This document shows, in pieces, positions 27,053 to 34,914 of a DNA stretch of 44,661 nucleotides. Each line of letters starts with the position of its first letter. Position 1 is the first letter of the stretch. A program made the translations under genes and the position numbers. Source of the stretch: a virus (taxonomy: Duplodnaviria > Caudoviricetes); IMG/VR virus record IMGVR_UViG_3300032070_000010, positions 1-44,661 of that record. One strand, 5' to 3'. The notes under the pieces were generated by a model, which made no database searches, was not told the DNA's origin, and saw nothing but the letters and a program-made list of their open reading frames with translations.

Positions 27053-27312
27053 TAGCAGACCTAATATTGACCGCAGCGAGTGTTGGATTTGTTGTTGCGG
27101 ATTTAAAACAGGCATGGAAACTCTGGAGTAATAAGCATTATGATGTTTCAGCATTCAGTATTACACACTTCAGACTTAAATTAACATCACTCGTATTGGT
27201 GATTATCGGCTACACGCTAGTTGGCGTTCACGTTGCGTTAACTGTGGCAATTTCACAGTTATTATTGAATATCTACATAGCAAATAGAATTGGATGGAGG
27301 CATCATAAATGA
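27049..27312 (+). CDS. 3-TM membrane protein (PQ-loop/SemiSWEET-like)
   Basis: Three hydrophobic helices and a Q.WKLW..K...S..S pattern. Confidence 0.5.
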   Translation: MIADLILTAASVGFVVADLKQAWKLWSNKHYDVSAFSITHFRLKLTSLVLVIIGYTLVGVHVALTVAISQLLLNIYIANRIGWRHHK

Positions 27313-27803
27313 AAGAAAAAGTAATGTTTACAAAAAAATTTAAGCATCTCGACCTATACTTGGCACACAACTTTGATAGACGACACGAATTTAGAATCAT
27401 AGAATTGGAATTAGAGAGACTATATAATATAAATCTTCACAATCCATTTTTTGATTCTATGGAAAGAAAAGACAGGAGATTGATTTTGTCTAAAAAGGCA
27501 AGGCATGACGAAGCGTGTATCGCTAAAAAAACTATGGCGGAATGTGAAGAATTGGTTTACCGTGATTTATCTAATATAGACAATCGTGATGGTCTATTCA
27601 CAATAATACACGAACCAAGTTTGGGAACTGCATTTGAAATATCACACGCACATAAAACAGGTAAACTTGTATTTGTTGTAAGTGAACGATATAGCGACCA
27701 TCCCTGGATTAGAGTTTACGCAGATTATCGATTTAAAACAATGGATGAATTTATAAAGTGGTTGAGTAAAAATGGCTACAAAAAAGAAACCAAGTCCGTA
27801 TGA
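27309..27803 (+). CDS. Nucleoside 2-deoxyribosyltransferase / N-glycosidase-like protein
   Basis: LYLAH, NPF, RDLSNIDNRD and SLGTAFEI..A...GK.VFVV. Confidence 0.8.
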   Translation: MKEKVMFTKKFKHLDLYLAHNFDRRHEFRIIELELERLYNINLHNPFFDSMERKDRRLILSKKARHDEACIAKKTMAECEELVYRDLSNIDNRDGLFTIIHEPSLGTAFEISHAHKTGKLVFVVSERYSDHPWIRVYADYRFKTMDEFIKWLSKNGYKKETKSV

Positions 27804-28017
27804 TTGCATTAAAGGAAGTCCTATACTTGAACGTGGCGAGAAACTCGTTCCGTTCTGTTGTTTCGGTGAACAACGAAACTGGACTGAAATAGCGAAAGAA
27901 CTGGACATAATTACAGAACGCTACGGGAGTGAGTTCCCTAAATTTGACATGCGTGAGAAGGGTTGGGTTTATATATATACAAGAAAAGAGGGAAAACGGA
28001 GGGTGTTTATAGAATGA
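27772..28017 (+). CDS. Hypothetical protein
   Basis: 81-aa ORF. Confidence 0.65.
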   Translation: MATKKKPSPYDCIKGSPILERGEKLVPFCCFGEQRNWTEIAKELDIITERYGSEFPKFDMREKGWVYIYTRKEGKRRVFIE

Positions 28018-28460
28018 CCGAAAAGAAATATCCTTATCACAAATACTTTAAAGACCTATCGAAATACTCAGATTCGCTTGATGTAAATAAATCAACATCT
28101 TCATCGAGATTTGGTTTAAAACGTGCAAGAGATATTTTCACGATGGGTAGAACATACTATGGCGAGGGGGGATATTATATTGGAATGTTTAAGGATTTCA
28201 TATATCTTGCTGCACTATTCCCCCTCGTTCTTGCTCAAATCGGTGTTTCTAACGTATTCTCAATGCCACTGGTTCTTATTTACCTATTGGCATGTATGAT
28301 GATGGGTTTCTTGTCTTATCGTGTGTTTAAACTAGCACGGTCTGAGAAGGAATATGAGGATAAGAATAGTGTAAGTCGTTATATGACCTGGGCAATGCTC
28401 AAAGAGATACAAGAGGAACTTATAAAACAGAGAAAGAAAGTTGGAGGAAAGAAAAAATGA
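28014..28460 (+). CDS. Membrane protein (2 TM)
   Basis: Hydrophobic hairpin; ATGA coupling. Confidence 0.7.
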   Translation: MTEKKYPYHKYFKDLSKYSDSLDVNKSTSSSRFGLKRARDIFTMGRTYYGEGGYYIGMFKDFIYLAALFPLVLAQIGVSNVFSMPLVLIYLLACMMMGFLSYRVFKLARSEKEYEDKNSVSRYMTWAMLKEIQEELIKQRKKVGGKKK

Positions 28461-28837
28461 AGATAGCAATGCCGAATGTTGTTCAATGCCGAAGAATATA
28501 TACACTATTGGAAAGTTTTTATTTGGAAAATGTATTGAAAAAAGATATAAAAGATTATACCAAATTTAACCATGCAATTATCATATTCTGTTCATCTTAT
28601 AATATAGTAAAACCGCATAGAATAAGATTTCGAAGAAGTTTCAAAGATGACCGAAAATGTCTTGGAAAATGTTATGAATCTGGAAATATAGACATATTAT
28701 ACCCATGCAATTTTTATGGTGGTGATGTAAAAAAGTGGATTGGTGTTGTGTATCACGAACTTGGACATTATTATTTATGGGCAAACGCAGAAGAAAAGGC
28801 AATAGAATTTGAATTGAAAATGTTAAAAAGAAGGTAA
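28457..28837 (+). CDS. HExxH minigluzincin-like protein
   Basis: GKCYESGNI...YHELGHY...E..A.EF. Confidence 0.7.
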   Translation: MKIAMPNVVQCRRIYTLLESFYLENVLKKDIKDYTKFNHAIIIFCSSYNIVKPHRIRFRRSFKDDRKCLGKCYESGNIDILYPCNFYGGDVKKWIGVVYHELGHYYLWANAEEKAIEFELKMLKRR

Positions 28838-28841
28838 GAAA

Positions 28842-29120
28842 ATGCCATACATAAAATCAGACGATAGAAAAAAATTTAAGGCAGTTATGTTCCCATTCTT
28901 GGTGAGTGCGGAACTAAACAGATTGACCGCAGGTGAGTTGAACTATCTGTTTACCCGTATAATCGACAGGCAATTAGATGGTGCAAACTATGCCCGTTAC
29001 AATGAGATTATAGGGGCACTGGAATGTTGCAAATTAGAACTTTATAGACGGCTACTGTGCCCGTATGAAGATAAAAAGAAAAAAGAGAACGGTGACGTTT
29101 ACACAAATTCAACTGAATAG
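28842..29120 (+). CDS. Conserved phage helical protein
   Basis: MPYIK..DR, GELNYLFT, YNEIIGALECCKLELYRR..PYED.K...NGDVY. Confidence 0.8.
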   Translation: MPYIKSDDRKKFKAVMFPFLVSAELNRLTAGELNYLFTRIIDRQLDGANYARYNEIIGALECCKLELYRRLLCPYEDKKKKENGDVYTNSTE

Positions 29121-29122
29121 GT

Positions 29123-29174
29123 GAGAATAACGGGTATATCGTAGAATAAGGGTCAATTCCTCCGCCCTTATTCT
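29123..29174. terminator. Inverted repeat at the convergence of the two gene arms
   Basis: AGAATAAGGG-N12-CCCTTATTCT, a perfect 10-bp inverted repeat. Confidence 0.65.
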
Positions 29175-29419
29175 TTCATTTTAAATAAAAAAAGATACAA
29201 TTTTCTTAATGGGGTTTCTCTTGTTATTAGATGTTCTATTAGGTCATCGATAATGCAGAATACGCCAACTCCCATAATGCTTATCCATAGAGGACTTAGC
29301 GAATCTAAATTACCATTACCGATTCCCAATATTAAATTATAAGTTCCAAATGCAAGAAATGAAATCCCATAGAACAAATGGTGATTTCCCCAAGCGATAA
29401 ACTGAACTGGCGGTTTCAT
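29168..29419 (-). CDS. Membrane protein (lysis module?)
   Basis: Two TM segments; HH..G and DD...H residues. Confidence 0.7.
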   Translation of the reverse strand: MKPPVQFIAWGNHHLFYGISFLAFGTYNLILGIGNGNLDSLSPLWISIMGVGVFCIIDDLIEHLITRETPLRKLYLFLFKMKE

Positions 29420-29449
29420 AATTAAAGAATAATGGATGGTTTTTCCATC

Positions 29450-29674
29450 CTATTTTTTTACGAGATTTTTCAGGTATTCGTTTAGGTTAAACTCCCCGAA
29501 GTCCAACCCTCCGTTTCCACTTGCTCGTAGCACTAAGTTAGCGATTGTTAATATCGCAACTTGTTCCTCTAACGCAATGACGAATCCATATCTTGATTGG
29601 ACTATCATGGCTATTAGAGCAAGTATGTTTGCCCACAATATCCTTGATTGATACCATTTTTTTACTTCTGCCAT
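29450..29674 (-). CDS. Holin-like protein
   Basis: KKWYQSRILWAN, two TM segments, NLVLR; located at the end of the late operon. Confidence 0.6.
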   Translation of the reverse strand: MAEVKKWYQSRILWANILALIAMIVQSRYGFVIALEEQVAILTIANLVLRASGNGGLDFGEFNLNEYLKNLVKK

Positions 29675-29677
29675 AAT

Positions 29678-29971
29678 TTATCTCCTTATATATCTATCTA
29701 ATAATCCTAAAAATTCACCCCATTGCCTCATTGAAAATAGGATAACTGGCGTTAAGAGGTAAACAAAAAAAGGTAATGCCAGTAGTATCCATATTTTCTC
29801 ATGTATTAATAAACCGATGAATAGTGAACCAAAGAAAAATGAAATACAGAGTATTGCATCTTCGTATGTTCCAACGGTAAATCCACGTTTCTTATACATC
29901 CAGTTTCGAACTCTAAGCAACGTGAATATTGCAATCAATACAATGAACATCGATGCTATTTCTATTACCAT
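29678..29971 (-). CDS. Membrane protein (3 TM)
   Basis: Hydrophobic ORF; ATG at 29971. Confidence 0.65.
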   Translation of the reverse strand: MVIEIASMFIVLIAIFTLLRVRNWMYKKRGFTVGTYEDAILCISFFFGSLFIGLLIHEKIWILLALPFFVYLLTPVILFSMRQWGEFLGLLDRYIRR

Positions 29972-30234
29972 TTGAACACGCTTATTCCCAATCCTATGAT
30001 AGATATTGATATTCCTACGAACCAACATAACATTTTTTGAGTTGTCTCGATTCGTGTAACACGAGTTTCTAATGCTTGATTCTGTGCTAAAAAATAAAAT
30101 AGTATATCCTTACTTGTTACTTTTGATGAGGCAGCAATAATTTCGTCATCCTTAGTTTCCATTGTGAATTGTTTTATTGCCTGAATTAACAGTTTCATGT
30201 CGTCTTTATCCACCCGTTTCATTACTTTCTTCAT
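29965..30234 (-). CDS. Coiled-coil plus C-terminal TM protein (lysis-associated?)
   Basis: LETRVTRIET followed by a TM helix. Confidence 0.65.
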   Translation of the reverse strand: MKKVMKRVDKDDMKLLIQAIKQFTMETKDDEIIAASSKVTSKDILFYFLAQNQALETRVTRIETTQKMLCWFVGISISIIGLGISVFKW

Positions 30235-30235
30235 A

Positions 30236-32932
30236 TTACCTCACCAATTTTAAAGATAGTGTGTATTCAAATACGTCTAATCCTATTGGTCTATAAATAA
30301 AACTGTCTATCACGTATGTTCCATCCCACTCAGTTCCCAACAGTGAAATTGTTATTTCCGTTCCGTTGTCTGCGATGTCTGCAATTTTGTTGAATCGAGT
30401 TAATGCATCATCTGCACTTTCATATCCAGTGAACGTGATTCTCTCATCGTTGATATCTTCGATATATGATGTGTAATTTCCGCTTCTGAATGAAAAACCA
30501 ATTGAATTAAACCCAAGACTTCCATCCAAATTATCCCAATACGGTCTGCGGAGATAAACCAGGATAGCACCAGTGGAATCCAACATTTCCATATCCTTTG
30601 AAGATATCGCCATGATATAATCAGATATCGCCAGTGTATCGGAAAGACTTAGCGTTTGATTCTTTAATATTGTCATTGCAGATGTTAACGCCAATGTGTC
30701 ATATATTGAAAGCAAATATGCAGATTCTTTTAAGTATAATATTGCTTCCTTTAATGTTAATGTATCACTAATATTTTTATAGAATGCCTTTACAAATGTT
30801 TCTGTCATTGTTAGATTTTCATTGACAGACCTATTAAAAGCCGTAGCGGTTTTAATGAGGTCATTTAATGCTAGTGTATCAGATAGTGTTTTAAAGTATG
30901 CGGTATATAGACTTGTGATACACGAATCAGATATTGCAATAGTGTCACTAAATGTTCTTATAAATCCAATTTGTCTCCTAATTAGGTCATTGAGTGTTAC
31001 CGTATTCGATAGGTTCTTTCCATATATGAATGATTTTGAATCGGAGAACGATACCGAATCAGATAAATCCAATCCTCTTAAATATTTAAAATCATCGGAT
31101 ATTGTTAATGTTTCTGAGAAATTTCTATTAATATATTTTAGTGTTGCTATGGCATCGGATACTGCACATGAATCCGATAATTTCCATCCGAATGTTCGTG
31201 CTATTGCATCGGATATTGATAGGGTATTTGATAGATTTTTTCCGTATGTGAATGCCTTTGCATCCGATAGTGTTAGTGTTTCTGATAGCAACAATCCACG
31301 TAAATATTGAAAGTCATCTGATATTGATAGTGATTCAGAAAATCCCTTTCCAGGTTTTTTAGATATTAAATCTGATAATGATAATGTATCCGCTACGGTT
31401 CTTTTCCAAACGGATGTTCGAGCAATTGAATCGGATATAGTTAATGAACTTGCTAATGCTTTTGTTAATGCATTACCCGCATTTGTTTCTTCTGCACCGT
31501 AACTTGAAACGGTAGTTTCTGTATCTGGTCTTTCTCTTAAAAAAATCCAATCCATGCTGCATCCGTGAGTTTCACCATTGCTAACTGCGTAACCAAGAGC
31601 AGGTTTTATGCTACCAGTTGGGTCATTGGTTGATGAATTTGCTTTCTCCGTTCCATTATATTTACAAATAATGTTTGTGCTTGTTCTAATTATATCGTAT
31701 AATGCGTAAGTTTCGTCATTTGGTGAAACACAAGCAGCACTTTGATATGCTACGGTATCTGACCAATACCAATATTCAACCGATGCACCACCATCTGCTA
31801 AATTTCCATATTCTGGTGTTGTATATGGTGATGCTGCGGTAATACCAAATCCCGTATTTATCATTCTGCAACTACCAGTTGCTTTTGCCCTAAATCGCAA
31901 TGCGTGATTTCTTCCATATGCATTTTTTGCTGAATATCTGGCAACTTGATGATAATTATAAAATACTGCAATGCTGCTTCCCATTGATTGTAAAAATGCA
32001 GTTCCAGTTAAATCCCATTTTGTTAAATCCATTGCAACGCCAGTAAAATCATCAAAGAATGCGAATGTATTGTCTCCATTTGATGTTGTAGATGCAGCAG
32101 CATTTCCATAATACATATAAAGTGCAGCATCACCATTTGTTTCTATCCACACAACCGCAACACCATCTGTGGTGTATGATTCTATCCAATAGTCAAGTTC
32201 TGCATTTTCAGCAGAGTTTGTAAATCTCAAATCATTGAAATCTGTATTACAGTGACTTTCACAGTTAACATCACAACTACCTTCTCCAACATCACTACCG
32301 ATTAATATTTTTATTTGATAACCTGCGGAAGCATTTGATAGGTTATATTTTTTCTTATACGACCAACTTGCATTCCACCAGGCATATTTAGATAATGTTG
32401 ATGTAACTAATTTTGAAAATTCTAATTTTGGTATGATATCTATTGAAAAATTTCCTAATTTTGCAGATTTATTTCCACAGATATCAATAATAATATACTC
32501 ATCTTTTTTAATTTTTAATGAAGATATATCTTTTATTTCTTTCCAGATTGACCTTACTTCTATTTCATTTTCTTTATATTCTTCAATTATTGGTGATTGG
32601 CATGGAGTTCCGTCTAAAAGTTTAGAATCCCTATATCCAATTACTCGTTCTTTTGTTTTTTCTACGGTAGTTGATGTTTTTATTAATATCTTATATTTAA
32701 TATTCCATTTATTTGCATCTGATACTGATTCTGTAGTTGTATGTGATAAAAATTTAAGTAAATCTGGTGTATAGTCACCATCTATCTTTATCGCTAGTGG
32801 CATGTGGGCATCGCATAAAACCTGTTCGTGGTAGACCATCCTATCTTTATCTTCTACCCAGGAAAAACCGAGTTCACTGTATTGCTCTCGTGTTTTGATG
32901 AGAACTGTCGTTATTTTCGCCATTTTAATCAC
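30236..32932 (-). CDS. Tail adhesin/fibre: DUF2341-like domain, S/D/T-rich repeats and a C-terminal Dit-like domain
   Basis: WWNASWSYKK, DFNDLRFT, LDYWIE, LYMYYGN, FFDDF; repeated LS(D/E/N)TL.(I/L)SD. Confidence 0.8.
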   Translation of the reverse strand: MIKMAKITTVLIKTREQYSELGFSWVEDKDRMVYHEQVLCDAHMPLAIKIDGDYTPDLLKFLSHTTTESVSDANKWNIKYKILIKTSTTVEKTKERVIGYRDSKLLDGTPCQSPIIEEYKENEIEVRSIWKEIKDISSLKIKKDEYIIIDICGNKSAKLGNFSIDIIPKLEFSKLVTSTLSKYAWWNASWSYKKKYNLSNASAGYQIKILIGSDVGEGSCDVNCESHCNTDFNDLRFTNSAENAELDYWIESYTTDGVAVVWIETNGDAALYMYYGNAAASTTSNGDNTFAFFDDFTGVAMDLTKWDLTGTAFLQSMGSSIAVFYNYHQVARYSAKNAYGRNHALRFRAKATGSCRMINTGFGITAASPYTTPEYGNLADGGASVEYWYWSDTVAYQSAACVSPNDETYALYDIIRTSTNIICKYNGTEKANSSTNDPTGSIKPALGYAVSNGETHGCSMDWIFLRERPDTETTVSSYGAEETNAGNALTKALASSLTISDSIARTSVWKRTVADTLSLSDLISKKPGKGFSESLSISDDFQYLRGLLLSETLTLSDAKAFTYGKNLSNTLSISDAIARTFGWKLSDSCAVSDAIATLKYINRNFSETLTISDDFKYLRGLDLSDSVSFSDSKSFIYGKNLSNTVTLNDLIRRQIGFIRTFSDTIAISDSCITSLYTAYFKTLSDTLALNDLIKTATAFNRSVNENLTMTETFVKAFYKNISDTLTLKEAILYLKESAYLLSIYDTLALTSAMTILKNQTLSLSDTLAISDYIMAISSKDMEMLDSTGAILVYLRRPYWDNLDGSLGFNSIGFSFRSGNYTSYIEDINDERITFTGYESADDALTRFNKIADIADNGTEITISLLGTEWDGTYVIDSFIYRPIGLDVFEYTLSLKLVR

Positions 32933-34352
32933 AGAACTCCAACTCTAACATCCACTCATATGTGTTTGTTTTCTTAGCGACCTGATGCCATCCGAATGAA
33001 ATTATATTGTAATTTATTGGAAGTCCAGTTAAATAACCAGTATTCATTTCGGTGTATCGTAAACCTGCGATGTTTATTGATTGTTTCAATTTGCCTAATG
33101 CTCTAATACAGTGTATGATATCCTCACAGGTTGATACGCCATCGGTGCAACCATCCCAGAGAACTCCAGATAATATCATTCGCTTTGATGAACGACCCAA
33201 TCCGTAAACTTCCCTGTCTCCAGACCAGAAGTTTAGAGCATTTATATTAATATTTTGAATTACTTGAATATCAACTGGTTTTGGAAGATAACAAGTTGAA
33301 TCTGATGAAGTCCTAATTTCAGCATAACACTGTGTCGTTCTTATTTCAGGACTATAGAACACTGGACTGTAATTTACAACAGCATAACATTGAGTTGTTC
33401 TCGGTTCTTCTCCAGAACTTCCCATATAAAAGTATTGAACGAATCCAACGATTAGTGCATCTATTTCCGCCCAAGTCCAAGCGACATTGGTGAATGGATT
33501 TAATAACCAAGTATCTGTGTATAATGCATACTGCATTGTTAGTGCCTTTCCAGTTGCAGTATAAACTGTTCCATGTGTCGTTATTGAATTTGCAACCATA
33601 TTTCCGTTAACTACATTATTTCTACTTCTATTATAAATAGTAACTGAATTTATTGGTCCAGTTTCAACAGTGTGGTCTGTCATATTGAATTTTGCATTTC
33701 CACCAGATAACCAATAATTACAAAATATATAAGTTGAATCATCATCTGGACTTACATCATCTACAAAACTCCATAAATTTGCAGTTGTGAAACCAGGATA
33801 ACCACGAACACCACCATAAGAAGAATCAGATATCGGTCTTAATGTTAAATCAGAAGTTCCTGGTGACATACTCGGTGAACTACACACAATACCTATCTGA
33901 AGATTTGCTATGTCTATCCAGGTCCAATCCGTTGCACTTGATAATTCTTTTTCCCACGTGTAACTTATATTTGCATAACTTGATGTTAATCCAAAATCAA
34001 TAGATTCTTCAATTGTAGTTCCACCATCGATACTGTATAATATTTTATATATGCCAAGTGCTGCCTGTGGGTCTAAGTTTGATTTTGCCCTGGCAACTAT
34101 TCGGACTGATGTTATATTTCCGAGTGGAGTTGGGGGGTCAATTGTCCATAGGTCGCTAACTTCAGAAACATAACTATTGTAAACATAAGAGGCATCATCA
34201 TCGGCAATAACATCATCAACGCACTCCCATCCGTCACCAGTGCTTGTTGGTAAATCATCTATTGCACCCACTCCGTTTGGTCTTAAAACCATCGGAACTT
34301 GTGCTGTATTTAGCGTATATAATGCGATAGTTGGAACAGATGGACCTGGCAT
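32925..34352 (-). CDS. Tail protein with two nested beta-rich domains and a C-terminal Dit-like domain
   Basis: Duplicated LRP, W..VDDV..DDD..Y, WTW..I..L..G and RTTQCYA motifs. Confidence 0.75.
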   Translation of the reverse strand: MPGPSVPTIALYTLNTAQVPMVLRPNGVGAIDDLPTSTGDGWECVDDVIADDDASYVYNSYVSEVSDLWTIDPPTPLGNITSVRIVARAKSNLDPQAALGIYKILYSIDGGTTIEESIDFGLTSSYANISYTWEKELSSATDWTWIDIANLQIGIVCSSPSMSPGTSDLTLRPISDSSYGGVRGYPGFTTANLWSFVDDVSPDDDSTYIFCNYWLSGGNAKFNMTDHTVETGPINSVTIYNRSRNNVVNGNMVANSITTHGTVYTATGKALTMQYALYTDTWLLNPFTNVAWTWAEIDALIVGFVQYFYMGSSGEEPRTTQCYAVVNYSPVFYSPEIRTTQCYAEIRTSSDSTCYLPKPVDIQVIQNININALNFWSGDREVYGLGRSSKRMILSGVLWDGCTDGVSTCEDIIHCIRALGKLKQSINIAGLRYTEMNTGYLTGLPINYNIISFGWHQVAKKTNTYEWMLELEFCD

Positions 34353-34354
34353 GT

Positions 34355-34912
34355 TTATCCTCTTATGGGTATTTCAATTTTAAAGTCTGGTAAACTTGCA
34401 TCGTTTCCGTGCAATAGCACACAATGAACATTTGTGCATACCGCTTCAACTTTAACGTATAGTCTTTCCTCATCTTCTATCTTCTTTTCTTCCCAACAGT
34501 CAATCCAGAATGGAAAACACACGCTGTCTCCAATCCCAAGACCACCATTCCATGCGAGTGCTTTATTGACTATAACATGCCCAGTTGACACCAATTCTTC
34601 ATCAGAATTATCAGAACCCATCTTACATAGAGTAACTCGATATGAAGTGACTTGTGTTGCACCACCACTTGCTTCATATACTACAAATCCTTTGATTACT
34701 CCCTCAACGAAGTAAATCTTTTTTGTGTAGAATGGGTATAGGAAACTTACAGTTGTAGAAGCGAGTGTTGAATCCGTAGTGTCACAACTTGAATCTATAT
34801 AATCTCTGTCTAATGTATAGTGATGTGCTGAAAACAATCCGAAATTGAAAGACCAATGATTCGGATAGAATCCATATAGAGTTTCATAATATCTCTGGTC
34901 GTCAAGTGACAT
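34355..34912 (-). CDS. Tail-tip structural protein
   Basis: Beta-rich 185-aa ORF directly after the tape measure gene. Confidence 0.6.
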   Translation of the reverse strand: MSLDDQRYYETLYGFYPNHWSFNFGLFSAHHYTLDRDYIDSSCDTTDSTLASTTVSFLYPFYTKKIYFVEGVIKGFVVYEASGGATQVTSYRVTLCKMGSDNSDEELVSTGHVIVNKALAWNGGLGIGDSVCFPFWIDCWEEKKIEDEERLYVKVEAVCTNVHCVLLHGNDASLPDFKIEIPIRG

Positions 34913-34914
34913 AA

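Noticed and set aside
29130-29168. Third T-loop element (AGG-GTCAATT-CCT)
   Set aside because: The loop lacks TTC, the stem is only 3 bp, and the region is better explained by the 10-bp terminator inverted repeat.
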